DNA of 64,000 bases from Clostridioides phage LIBA6276: the sequence record MF547662.1, one strand, 5' to 3'. Shown here piece after piece: positions 17,137 to 25,865 of this stretch. Made by a program: the position numbers and the translations under genes. The notes below the pieces were generated by a model that saw only the letters and a program-made list of their open reading frames with translations, ran no database searches and was not told the DNA's origin. Position 1 is the first letter of the stretch; each line of letters starts with the position of its first letter.

Positions 17137-18852
17137 ATGGCTATAGTTTATGAATTTAATTATACAGGTGCTGAACAAAGTGTAGTGTTGCCACCTGGTA
17201 AATATAAGTTTGAATGTTTTGGTGCTTGTGGTGGTAATTATTATGATTTTGTACAGTGTGCAAAAGGTGGCTATACTGCTGGTTCTTTAATATTGAAAGA
17301 AAATACTACATTACATGTTTACGTTGGGCAAAGTGGTTATTGTAAAGGTGTTAATGGTATTGAGACTTGTAGAAGTGGTTTTAATGGTGCGGGTGGTATA
17401 ACCACTTATAAAAGTACTTCTGATGGTTATTATAGTCTTGCAGGTGGTGGAGCTACTGATATTAGACTTATTGGTGGTAACTGGGATAATTTACAAAGTT
17501 TGCTATCTCGCATAATTGTTGCAGGTGGTGGTGGTGGTGGAAGCGGAAATTCACATGATAGTATTGGTCATGGTGGTGGTACAAAAGGTAAAGATGGTAT
17601 TTCTATAGCAAATAAATATTTTGCAGGCGGTGGAAGCCAATTTCAAGGCGGTTTAACTTTTAATAGTCTTTATAATGGTTCTTTTGGTGTAAGCGGTGCT
17701 GGAGATGGCATTAGTGGTGTTGGTGGCGGTGGTGGTTGGTATTGTGGTGCAGGTAGTTTTTATGCTGAATTTGGTGGTGGTGGAAGTGGATATATTCTAA
17801 CAAAAGATAGTTATAAGCCAGCAAATTATAGTCCATCTTCTAAATATTATTTTAGCGATATAAATAGCGTTGTAGGTGGAAATACTACGAAACAAGATGG
17901 TTATGCTAAAATAACATTACTCCAAGCATTACCTTTTTTAACTATATCCTCTTATAATTCCACTACAGCTACATTTAAAGCTGACCACACAGACCCTACA
18001 TTGCTTACAAAAATAGAATATTTTATAGATGATGTACTAAAAGAAACTATAACAACAGATTTAACAACAGAGAAAATAATTAACTATACATTAGAAGATA
18101 ATACACTACACACACTTAAGATAGTTGTCACAGACAGCGCTAATGCTACAGCAGAAAAAGTTGTAAGTATAAGCAAAGGAATTGCACCTCTTCCTGCTGG
18201 TTCTACAACAGATGAAGTTACAAGTAAATGGATAGAAATTAAAGATGCATTTAAAAGTGGCAAAACAAGTATTATAAACACTTTAGCATTAAAGAATATA
18301 GAAGCAAGTTTAAATAATACGCTAGTTGAATTATCAGAGAAAATAAAAACAAGTTTTGACAGTTCTGACGCTAGTGTGCAGGATTTGATGAACCAGTTAA
18401 CACAAGCTAATAACACTATAAGTCAGTTAAATTCTAAATATAAATATGCCAGTGGTACTATTGATGTTGTTAAAAATAGTTCTTTAATGGCTAATTTATA
18501 TGGAGAGTCCTTTGGTAGACAACCTGGTACTTGGCTTAAGATTGATAATTTAGGTTTTATTCCTAATATTTTTGTTGCTGAATGCCAATATGTTACTTCT
18601 AATAATTATTTTTTTAAACATATTGTTATTGCTACTTGTAATATAAATTGGTTTTGGGATAAAAAAGATTTTTCAGCTAGAATTGTATTTACTAAAGAAA
18701 AAAATTCTAATCAAGATTTTAGTGGAAGTGGAATTATTTATTCAAATAATGAGTGTGATGTATATATAAATAATAAAGGCATTAATGTTCCTGCAAGTAG
18801 TCCTAATGTTTCTAGTTACCTACATTCTTGGCATGCTATAAAATTTATATAA
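17137..18852 (+). CDS. glycine-rich tail fibre protein
   Basis: 571 aa with long GGGGG(S)G runs in the N-terminal half; common in clostridial phage fibre proteins. Confidence 0.5.
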   Translation: MAIVYEFNYTGAEQSVVLPPGKYKFECFGACGGNYYDFVQCAKGGYTAGSLILKENTTLHVYVGQSGYCKGVNGIETCRSGFNGAGGITTYKSTSDGYYSLAGGGATDIRLIGGNWDNLQSLLSRIIVAGGGGGGSGNSHDSIGHGGGTKGKDGISIANKYFAGGGSQFQGGLTFNSLYNGSFGVSGAGDGISGVGGGGGWYCGAGSFYAEFGGGGSGYILTKDSYKPANYSPSSKYYFSDINSVVGGNTTKQDGYAKITLLQALPFLTISSYNSTTATFKADHTDPTLLTKIEYFIDDVLKETITTDLTTEKIINYTLEDNTLHTLKIVVTDSANATAEKVVSISKGIAPLPAGSTTDEVTSKWIEIKDAFKSGKTSIINTLALKNIEASLNNTLVELSEKIKTSFDSSDASVQDLMNQLTQANNTISQLNSKYKYASGTIDVVKNSSLMANLYGESFGRQPGTWLKIDNLGFIPNIFVAECQYVTSNNYFFKHIVIATCNINWFWDKKDFSARIVFTKEKNSNQDFSGSGIIYSNNECDVYINNKGINVPASSPNVSSYLHSWHAIKFI

Positions 18853-18865
18853 ATGAGGTGATAAA

Positions 18866-19159
18866 ATGAATAGAGCAAATAGAATTATATGTGACCAAAC
18901 CGGGAAAATATTACTCCAAACTGGAGAAGCAACAGGGGATATATTAGAACATGATGAAATAACGGAATTACATTTTGTTGATATTCCGTATGGAAGTGTA
19001 GATTATACTAAAAGCAGAATTGTAAGCATAAATATAGAAACAAAAGAACCTATCTTAGAAGAAATACCAGTATTTGTTTCAGAAGAAGAAAAGAGAATAC
19101 AAGAGTTAGAAAATCAATTACTAATTGCAGAAAATGAAAAAGTAGGAGGAATTTTATAA
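18866..19159 (+). CDS. hypothetical protein
   Basis: ORF with GAGGTGATAAA RBS. Confidence 0.35.
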   Translation: MNRANRIICDQTGKILLQTGEATGDILEHDEITELHFVDIPYGSVDYTKSRIVSINIETKEPILEEIPVFVSEEEKRIQELENQLLIAENEKVGGIL

Positions 19160-19341
19160 TGAATATAAATAATGTTGTAGTAAGAATATTAGCAGAGAGA
19201 ATATTAAACGGAGGGTTAAACCCATTGAAAAATAGAGAATTTCAGTTAGATGACGTGACTAACATAGGGTACAGAAAAGCAGTAGAGGATTATATTATAG
19301 AGCATAGTGGAGTAGTCGAAGAAGCAGAACCAATTGTATAG
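19159..19341 (+). CDS. hypothetical small protein
   Basis: ATGA-coupled to the upstream ORF. Confidence 0.3.
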   Translation: MNINNVVVRILAERILNGGLNPLKNREFQLDDVTNIGYRKAVEDYIIEHSGVVEEAEPIV

Positions 19342-19466
19342 AAGGTTCTTTTTTAGATTATTTAATAAAAACATATTAAAATCATAATTTTAATTAGAAA
19401 TTTAGTGAATAAGAGCCTTGTTTTATAGGCTCTTTTTATATTAATTATTTAAAAGGAGTGGTAATT

Positions 19467-20282
19467 TTGAATATAAAAACATTAACAATTCATGCAGGAC
19501 ACAACCCAGATGGTAAAGTAGGTTCTGGAGCAGTAGGAAATATAAAAGAATCTACAGAAGCAAGAAATGTACTAAAAGAGTTAATACCTTTATCTCAAAA
19601 GGAATGTAAAGTTTATGATTGTACATGTAACAATGGAACTTCTCAGAGTGATATATTGAATAAGATTATAGATAAATGTAATTCATATAACACAGATTTA
19701 AATGTAAGTATCCATTTCAACAGTGGTGGTGGTCGAGGAGTAGAAGTTTTAGTGTATAATTTAAATGACAAAGAAACTGTTGAAATAGCATCAAGAATAT
19801 GTAAAAAAATAACTGAAACTTATCATGCAAAAGGTGATAAAGATTTTAAAAATCGTGGAGTTAAAGAAAAGAAAACTCTAGCATTTTTAAGAAGAACGAA
19901 GGCAAAGTCAATTTTAGTCGAGTGCTGCTTTGTAGACACATCTGATACTAAAAAATATAATGCTAAAGATATGGCCATAGACATTTACGAAGGAATATTT
20001 AATAAGTCTGTAGCTGGTAAACCACAAGATAACAAAGTGAAATACGCAATAGTTTATGAAGGTGAAGTAGATAAAGTTATAGCCCAATTAATGGCCATGA
20101 ATTATAAATCTAATGAAGTCTCTATATGTGAGTTGAAAAATTATGTTCCTGGACATTGTGAAAACCTATATGTGATTGGTAGAGCATCCAGTAAAATTAA
20201 AACTAGCGAGAGATTCACTAAGTTACAAGGTGATGATAGATGGGCTACACTTCATAAAGTGTTAGATTTTATAGGCAAGTAG
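19467..20282 (+). CDS. endolysin, N-acetylmuramoyl-L-alanine amidase (Amidase_3), CD27L-like
   Basis: TIHAGHNPDG...GSGAVGN and VSIHFNSGGGRGVEVLVYN amidase_3 motifs; C-terminal IVYEGEVDK...NYVPGHCENLYVIGR...GDDRWATLHKVLDFIGK resembles the CD27L C-terminus as I recall it; start revised to the TTG at 19467 (RBS AAGGAGTG). Confidence 0.8.
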   Translation: MNIKTLTIHAGHNPDGKVGSGAVGNIKESTEARNVLKELIPLSQKECKVYDCTCNNGTSQSDILNKIIDKCNSYNTDLNVSIHFNSGGGRGVEVLVYNLNDKETVEIASRICKKITETYHAKGDKDFKNRGVKEKKTLAFLRRTKAKSILVECCFVDTSDTKKYNAKDMAIDIYEGIFNKSVAGKPQDNKVKYAIVYEGEVDKVIAQLMAMNYKSNEVSICELKNYVPGHCENLYVIGRASSKIKTSERFTKLQGDDRWATLHKVLDFIGK

Positions 20283-20293
20283 GAGGTAATGAA

Positions 20294-20911
20294 TTGAATA
20301 TATTAGATAAATCAACAGCTACATTAGAACAAGTCTTTTCGTATTTAGACACATTAAAAAATAACTCTAATCCACCACATTTTTTATGCAGAGCTATAGT
20401 ACCAATTATATATAAAGAAGCAGAGAAAAAAGGTGTAAATCCAGTTATTGCAATTGCTCAAGCATTTGTAGAAACTGGATATTTTAATTTTGGTAGAGTT
20501 TTAAATCCTTCTTATTGCAATGTGTGTGGTCTTAAAGGAAATAAAGGTGGAGGAGATTTAGACCCAACAGCTCATACAAGATTTAATTGTTGGGAGGATG
20601 GAGTATCAGCATTTATTGACCATCTAGCATTATATGCTGGAGCTAAGGGATATCCAAAATATAGTGAATTAGTTGGTAAAGTTGAATATAAAGTAAATGG
20701 AACTACATTAGACCCTAGACATTTTCCATATTTACATGGAGAAGCTAAAACAGTAGAAAGTTTATCAGGCAAATGGTGTCCAGATATGAATTATGGCCAA
20801 AACATAATAAATATATGTAATAAGATAAGTTCAATGAAGGTAGAAAACAATGATGTAAAATTAGAGCAAATAAAAACTAAAGTAAAAGAATTAAATGAGA
20901 TTCTTGGATAG
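20294..20911 (+). CDS. glucosaminidase-domain (Lyz2-like) cell-wall hydrolase
   Basis: NPVIAIAQAFVETGYFNFG matches the glucosaminidase AQAxLESGwG motif. Confidence 0.5.
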   Translation: MNILDKSTATLEQVFSYLDTLKNNSNPPHFLCRAIVPIIYKEAEKKGVNPVIAIAQAFVETGYFNFGRVLNPSYCNVCGLKGNKGGGDLDPTAHTRFNCWEDGVSAFIDHLALYAGAKGYPKYSELVGKVEYKVNGTTLDPRHFPYLHGEAKTVESLSGKWCPDMNYGQNIINICNKISSMKVENNDVKLEQIKTKVKELNEILG

Positions 20912-20922
20912 GAGGAAATCAC

Positions 20923-21174
20923 ATGGATATAATGCAATTTATACCTGAAAATTTAATAATGTTAATAGGTGGGCTTTACATATTAGGAACATTTATAAAA
21001 GAATCTAATATTAAAAATAAATACATACCTTTTATATTGTTAGTTATAGCAATGATAAGCAGTTGTTTGTTTATGAAAGAGCTGTCAATAGAAGCTGTTT
21101 TTGAAGGTATTTTATGTTGGGGAGCATCTATAGGAATAAATCAAATACAAGTACAAAACAGAAAGGAAAAGTAG
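20923..21174 (+). CDS. holin (two predicted TM segments)
   Basis: 83 aa, hydrophobic, in the lysis cassette; GGAGGAAATCAC RBS. Confidence 0.55.
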   Translation: MDIMQFIPENLIMLIGGLYILGTFIKESNIKNKYIPFILLVIAMISSCLFMKELSIEAVFEGILCWGASIGINQIQVQNRKEK

Positions 21175-21486
21175 ATGTTATCTAAAGAAATGATTGAATT
21201 ATTAAGCCAATATGGATATACAGCCATACTACTTACAGTAGTAATGTTATGGTTTGGCAGATATTTAGAAAAGAATAGACAACTAGAGCAGGATGATAGA
21301 AAAAAAGAAAGAGCTTATTTTTCAAGAGAAATTAAAGAGCAGAGAACTTTATTTGGTAATACAATAGATAAGTTTGATGATAAATTAGATAAATTTGCTG
21401 AAGCATTAAATACTAATAACAGTAGACTTGAAAGAGTTGAAACAGACATAACAAAAATTAAAGATAAATTAGAGACTAGAGATTAA
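21175..21486 (+). CDS. BhlA/UviB-like holin-like protein
   Basis: N-terminal TM helix then a charged coiled-coil tail; ATG overlaps the upstream stop. Confidence 0.4.
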   Translation: MLSKEMIELLSQYGYTAILLTVVMLWFGRYLEKNRQLEQDDRKKERAYFSREIKEQRTLFGNTIDKFDDKLDKFAEALNTNNSRLERVETDITKIKDKLETRD

Positions 21487-21520
21487 TTTCTCTAGTCTTT
21501 TTTATAAGGAAGTGAAGTAT

Positions 21521-22456
21521 TTGGCAAAACAACGCAGTAAAAGAATAAGCATAAATGGAGAACTAAATCCAGAGAATATTAAATTATGGAAGCAATACAA
21601 AAGAGCAAAACAAATAGCTGGGAAAAGTGAAAAAACAATATATAATTATGAATGTGATATAATGCAATTTTTTAAGTTTTTAAATATAGAATGTTTTGAT
21701 GCATTACTAACTGATATAAATGAAGAAGAAATAGAAGCTTATATAGGTTATTGTATGGAACATGGAAATAATGAAAAAAGAATTAGACGTAGAATAAGTT
21801 CAATTTCATCATTACTATCCTTTTTAAAGAAGAAGAGGAAAATTACTGACAACTGGTGTGAAATGATAGAAAGACCAGGAACAGGCGAAGAAGTTCAGAA
21901 AAGAACTTTTTTAACTGAAGAACAGTTAAGCAAATTAAAAGAAAAGCTTTCAGAGCAAGACAATTTACAGTTAGAAGTTTATATAAATTTAGGATTGGCT
22001 ACAATGGCTAGAAGTAATGAGATAAGTCAATTTAGATGGGACAATATAGATTTAGATAATAGATGGATTCATGGTATTACAGCCAAAGGTGGAGTTTCAA
22101 GAGATTTTAGATTTTCAGAAGAAGTCCAGCATCTATTAATAGAATGGAAGGATTATCTATCTCAAAATAATATAGATTATCCGTATATATTCTTTACAAG
22201 ATATGGAGGCAAATACAATCAAGTCAATTCAAATGTCTTAAGTTCATGGGTTAAAAAAGCTTTCAGGTTAATTGGTATAGAAGGTGGATATAATCATGAC
22301 CTTAGACATAGTATGTCTAATCTTTTAAAAGACAGAGGAGTTCCAATAACTACAGTTTCAAAATTGCTTGGCCACAGTGGGGTTGATGTAACTATAAATC
22401 ACTACACAATAGAAAATAAAAATAAATTAGCTGAGGAATATGATAAGTTTATGTAA
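21521..22456 (+). CDS. tyrosine site-specific recombinase (XerD-like)
   Basis: ARSNEISQFRWDNID ... HDLRHSMSNLL...LGHSGVDVTINHYT (R..HxxR..Y catalytic signature); start moved to the in-frame TTG at 21521 for RBS spacing. Confidence 0.75.
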   Translation: MAKQRSKRISINGELNPENIKLWKQYKRAKQIAGKSEKTIYNYECDIMQFFKFLNIECFDALLTDINEEEIEAYIGYCMEHGNNEKRIRRRISSISSLLSFLKKKRKITDNWCEMIERPGTGEEVQKRTFLTEEQLSKLKEKLSEQDNLQLEVYINLGLATMARSNEISQFRWDNIDLDNRWIHGITAKGGVSRDFRFSEEVQHLLIEWKDYLSQNNIDYPYIFFTRYGGKYNQVNSNVLSSWVKKAFRLIGIEGGYNHDLRHSMSNLLKDRGVPITTVSKLLGHSGVDVTINHYTIENKNKLAEEYDKFM

Positions 22457-22475
22457 ATTGAAAGGAGGTGGTATC

Positions 22476-22517
22476 ATGGCATGTAAAGGTCGTAAAAAAG
22501 GTAAGAAAAAGAGATAG
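22476..22517 (+). CDS. 13-aa highly basic peptide (MACKGRKKGKKKR)
   Basis: perfect AAAGGAGGTG RBS 5 nt upstream and a terminator immediately downstream. Confidence 0.2.
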   Translation: MACKGRKKGKKKR

Positions 22518-22527
22518 ATAAATAATA

Positions 22528-22582
22528 AAGCCCTTTAAGGATTACTCTTAAATGAGTTTTCTTTAAAGGGCTTTATTTTTTT
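22528..22582 (+). terminator. rho-independent terminator after the recombinase operon
   Basis: aagccctttaa...ttaaagggctt stem followed by tattttttt. Confidence 0.5.
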
Positions 22583-22615
22583 GTCTAAAATAGCTTCTTA
22601 TTAAATATATACATA

Positions 22616-22686
22616 CTTATATAACATATTTTTAATAATATTATATGTTATATAAGTATATTTTTGACATGTATAACATATCATTA
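22616..22686. promoter_or_regulatory. operator/promoter region of the XRE regulator
   Basis: perfect 14-bp inverted repeat cttatataacatat-N13-atatgttatataag; a third half-site tataacatat sits inside the TTGACA(22664)-17-spacer of a putative promoter. Confidence 0.45.
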
Positions 22687-22717
22687 AGATAAATAAACTA
22701 ATATAATCTAATAAGGA

Positions 22718-23080
22718 ATGATAAAAATGTTAGAAGAAGATGAAATATATAATGTAATTGGTAAAAGAATAAGAAATTATAGAAGAAAAGCAGGGTATAA
22801 TCAAAATACATTAGCAAAAAAGACTGGTTTATTTCCTGCTTATATTGGTCAAATTGAAAGAGGTGAAAGTAAAGCATCACTTCGTTCAATTTTTAAAATT
22901 GCAAATGCATTAGAGATACCTTTAGAAGTTTTATTTGAAAATATTATACAGAATGAAAATGATGTTGAAACTCTTTCGTCTGAAGCTTATGAGTTAATTG
23001 ATAGTTTAACAGTAAAAGAACAAAAAGCGATAATTAGATTGATAAAAGAAATAATTGAATATCGAAAATTTGAAGAATAA
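22718..23080 (+). CDS. XRE-family helix-turn-helix transcriptional regulator (repressor-like)
   Basis: NQNTLAKKTGLFPAYIGQIERGESKASLRSIFKIANAL HTH_3 signature. Confidence 0.7.
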   Translation: MIKMLEEDEIYNVIGKRIRNYRRKAGYNQNTLAKKTGLFPAYIGQIERGESKASLRSIFKIANALEIPLEVLFENIIQNENDVETLSSEAYELIDSLTVKEQKAIIRLIKEIIEYRKFEE

Positions 23081-23091
23081 AAATTTAATAA

Positions 23092-23128
23092 AGAAGATGT
23101 CTTAAGATTGAGACATCTTCTTTTACTT
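23092..23128 (+). terminator. terminator of the XRE gene
   Basis: gaagatgtct-taagattg-agacatcttc followed by ttttacttt; another cttataacatat operator half-site follows at 23143-23154. Confidence 0.5.
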
Positions 23129-23217
23129 TATGTTAATATATACTTATAACATATATTTTATTATTTTAATGTCTATATATGTTGATATTTTAATTGCAGA
23201 AAGGAATGTACATATCC

Positions 23218-23538
23218 ATGCAAAAAATACCACAAGCTGAATTAAAAGTTATGAAATTCATATGGAATAAGAATGATATAGTAACATCAAAAGAAGTTAT
23301 GGAAGCTATGGAATTAGAATATAACTGGAAGGCGACAACTACACTAACTCTTCTTTCAAGACTCACTATTAAACGTTTTTTAGATTCTGAGAGGATAAAA
23401 AGAATTACACATTATACAATACTTATTACAAAAGAAGAATATAAAATATTTGAAACAAAGAGATTTTTAGAAGAAGTACATTCTAATTCTATAGAAAGCT
23501 TAATTAGTTCTTTAGAGGATTGTTATAAGAATAAATAA
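23218..23538 (+). CDS. BlaI/MecI/CopY-family winged-helix transcriptional repressor, orphan
   Basis: MQKIPQAELKVMKFIWNK...VTSKEVMEAM matches the BlaI N-terminus; start revised to the ATG at 23218 (RBS AAAGGAATG). Confidence 0.5.
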   Translation: MQKIPQAELKVMKFIWNKNDIVTSKEVMEAMELEYNWKATTTLTLLSRLTIKRFLDSERIKRITHYTILITKEEYKIFETKRFLEEVHSNSIESLISSLEDCYKNK

Positions 23539-23630
23539 AGAAGTGAACTTTTATTATATACAAAAAGTTTTCGTAACGATATAATTAATACAATTTATTC
23601 TTATATATATAATAAAATATACATAGAGAG

Positions 23631-23659
23631 TTGACAACTAAAATAATATACACTATCAT
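23631..23659 (+). promoter_or_regulatory. promoter TTGACA-17-TATCAT for the CWB2 gene
   Basis: hexamers read from the sequence. Confidence 0.4.
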
Positions 23660-23692
23660 TCATAGTATAAAAGGATGGGAGGATTTTACAAT

Positions 23693-24955
23693 ATGAAATT
23701 CAAAAGAAAAGCATTAACCTTAGCTATAATATCTTCTATTGTCATGTCTAGCACATTATTAGTTTCAGCTAAAGAACTAAAATTTAGACCTCCAGCTCAT
23801 AGAATACAAGGAGCAAATAAGTATGAAACAGCAGGTTTAATAGCAGACAGAAGAAAATACACCCAAGCAATAATTATAAACACAGATAAAAGTCTTGCAG
23901 ATGGGTTGAGTGCTAGTGGTTTAGCTGGAGCTTCTAACTCGCCAATATTACTTGCTAAACAAAATTCTATACCAAATTCTACTCTTAAAAGATTAGATAA
24001 ATTTAAAAAAATCTATTTAATAGGTGGAGTTAATTCTATAAGCAAAAATGTAGAAAATATACTAAAAAACAAAAAAATAAAGGTTATTAGGATAGAAGGA
24101 AAAGACAGAATAGACACAAGTTATAATGTTGCAAAAGAAATACGCAATCTAAAAAAGGTTGATGAAGTATATCTTACAAATGCTTACCAAGGAGAGGCTG
24201 ATTCTATAAGTATATCTCCAGTTGCTGCTAAATATAAAAATCCAGTTGTATTAACAAATGGAAAGAATATACCATTTAAAACAGATGGGGTAAAAACATA
24301 TGCTATTGGAGGAACAGCATCAATAAACGACTCTTTAGTGAACAGTACAAAAGCAACTAGAATTGGTGGTGTTGATAGACTTGACACTAATGAAAAAATA
24401 ATTAAGCATTTTTATAAAGATGAATTAAAACATCCAAATCAAATATGTATTGTAAGTTCTGATAATTTAATAGATGCACTATTATCTTCTACAATACACA
24501 AAGAATATCCTGTATTTTTAGTAAATGAAACTAATGACAAATCATTAGTTACTAGTGCTAATTTCCCAATAATAATAGGTGATATAAAAAATGAAATTTT
24601 AGACCAATGCTTAACTCCAGATTATATGTTAACTGGTAATACTAAAAGAAGTGACATCTCAAAAGCTTTAGATGCTATATATAAAGCAAAAGGTTCAAAA
24701 GCACATGAATATTGTTATACATATAATTATGGTAACTCAAGATATAAAAAAGCTGAAAATATAGATTTTCCACACTATGAGTTTGAAATAATCAGTGTTA
24801 AAAATGTTAAACAAGATGAATCTAGCACTGATGGTTCTGATACTTATACTGATAAAGAAGATAGCATTAAAACAGTAGGAACTCTAATTGTAAATTCTGA
24901 AACATTAGAAGTATATGAGTATAGTTTTGATACACAAAAGTTAACTAAAATATAA
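23693..24955 (+). CDS. secreted cell-wall-binding protein with three CWB2 repeats (Cwp-like)
   Basis: signal peptide MKFKRKALTLAIISSIVMSSTLLVSA; three CWB2-type repeats (ETAGLIAD...ADGLSASGLAG; IYLIGGVNSIS; YAIGGTASIND); start at the second ATG (23693), 10 nt after GGGAGG. Confidence 0.7.
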   Translation: MKFKRKALTLAIISSIVMSSTLLVSAKELKFRPPAHRIQGANKYETAGLIADRRKYTQAIIINTDKSLADGLSASGLAGASNSPILLAKQNSIPNSTLKRLDKFKKIYLIGGVNSISKNVENILKNKKIKVIRIEGKDRIDTSYNVAKEIRNLKKVDEVYLTNAYQGEADSISISPVAAKYKNPVVLTNGKNIPFKTDGVKTYAIGGTASINDSLVNSTKATRIGGVDRLDTNEKIIKHFYKDELKHPNQICIVSSDNLIDALLSSTIHKEYPVFLVNETNDKSLVTSANFPIIIGDIKNEILDQCLTPDYMLTGNTKRSDISKALDAIYKAKGSKAHEYCYTYNYGNSRYKKAENIDFPHYEFEIISVKNVKQDESSTDGSDTYTDKEDSIKTVGTLIVNSETLEVYEYSFDTQKLTKI

Positions 24956-24967
24956 TCAATTATAAAA

Positions 24968-25008
24968 TAAGGCTCTTTAGTTAATATTGAAAAGAGTCTT
25001 ATTTTTGT
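24968..25008 (+). terminator. rho-independent terminator after the CWB2 gene
   Basis: aggctcttt-N11-aaagagtct followed by tatttttg. Confidence 0.5.
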
Positions 25009-25222
25009 ATGTTAGAGTTGATTAAAGAAATTATATTAAAATTAAAATTTCAATTATTCTTTAAATTCCCATTTAAGGAATAGTATATATAAAACATAGA
25101 ACTTATTAAAAGTACTCTCTTTCATAGTATGTAATTAAAAATAAGTTATTTTGTACATTATGATTTCTTATATTTAATGGTATAATAAGATTAAATATAA
25201 GAATGTTGAAAGGAATGATATT

Positions 25223-25444
25223 ATGAAATTGCCTGAATTAGAGATTAATATAAGTATATCAATACCAATTTTTTTAGTTATCTCTTATTTGGCTATAGTT
25301 TCTATAGTAATGCTAGGGATATCAGCTTTAAATAACTTTACTAATACAACATCAGTACCTATAAATGCTTTAGGTTCAACAGTTGGATTTGTTATATTTC
25401 AACTTTTAGTTAGTTTTTTTGAAAATAGAAAAATTACAGATTAA
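25223..25444 (+). CDS. small membrane protein, 73 aa
   Basis: two hydrophobic segments; tggtataat extended -10 at 25178-25186 and a GGAATGA RBS. Confidence 0.35.
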   Translation: MKLPELEINISISIPIFLVISYLAIVSIVMLGISALNNFTNTTSVPINALGSTVGFVIFQLLVSFFENRKITD

Positions 25445-25463
25445 ATGTTATTTACATGAAATT

Positions 25464-25494
25464 TTGTTTTAATATTCTTAATTTGTGGTATAAT
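25464..25494 (+). promoter_or_regulatory. promoter TTGTTT-19-(TG)gTATAAT for antisense RNA 4
   Basis: same architecture as the promoters at 3825 and 5168. Confidence 0.4.
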
Positions 25495-25500
25495 AAAAGC

Positions 25501-25622
25501 AAGGAAACATATTTTACTTAACTTTGAGTGATGTTTCCAAACTAAATTAGTTTATTTGGATTTTCTTTGGAACTTAATATTAAGTTCCCAGCCACTCTTA
25601 GTCGCGTTTGAGTGGCTTTTTA
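25501..25622 (+). ncRNA. candidate type I antitoxin antisense RNA 4
   Basis: promoter and terminator present; overlaps the toxin-4 3' end (25552-25622). Confidence 0.45.
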
Positions 25623-25683
25623 ATTTATCGTAGATATAACTAGCTATAACACCAGCTATAATACTCATCATTAGATTTTCCAT
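25552..25683 (-). CDS. small hydrophobic toxin-like protein, 43 aa (MENLMMSIIAGVIASYIYDKLKSHSNATKSGWELNIKFQRKSK)
   Basis: AAAGGAGGTG RBS 8 nt upstream of the ATG at 25683; paralogue of the 5264-5380 ORF. Confidence 0.55.
   Translation of the reverse strand: MENLMMSIIAGVIASYIYDKLKSHSNATKSGWELNIKFQRKSK
25590..25622 (+). terminator. rho-independent terminator (agccactc-N12-gagtggct ttttt)
   Basis: seen in sequence; homologous to the 5274-5307 terminator. Confidence 0.6.
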
Positions 25684-25865
25684 AGTTTTTCACCTCCTTT
25701 CATAAGAAAGTGAGGAAATTTCTATGGAAACACCACTCACAGCTTTTTCAAATATTTATTCCTTGCTATGTTTATTATATCATAAATATTGGAAATATAA
25801 AATTTTAATATTTTCTAAAATCTGACGCTTTAAACGCCATTCTAAGGCTTTATAAAAATTTACCT

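Noticed and set aside
17520-17780. GGT-rich DNA tracts as a simple-sequence repeat or phase-variation site
   Set aside because: They encode in-frame poly-Gly runs of the glycine-rich fibre protein; the codons vary (ggt/gga/ggc), so this is not a homopolymeric slippage tract
19458-21512. Track start codons at 19458 (GTG), 21512 (GTG), 23194 (TTG), 23675 (ATG), 4866 and 36198
   Set aside because: Each overlaps or lacks a Shine-Dalgarno sequence; in-frame downstream starts (19467, 21521, 23218, 23693, 4911, 36168) have properly spaced RBSs and give canonical N-termini (BlaI MQKIPQAEL…, signal peptide MKFKRK…)
22476-22517. The 13-aa basic peptide as a ribosomal protein or leader peptide
   Set aside because: Too short and without recognisable similarity; kept only as a low-confidence feature
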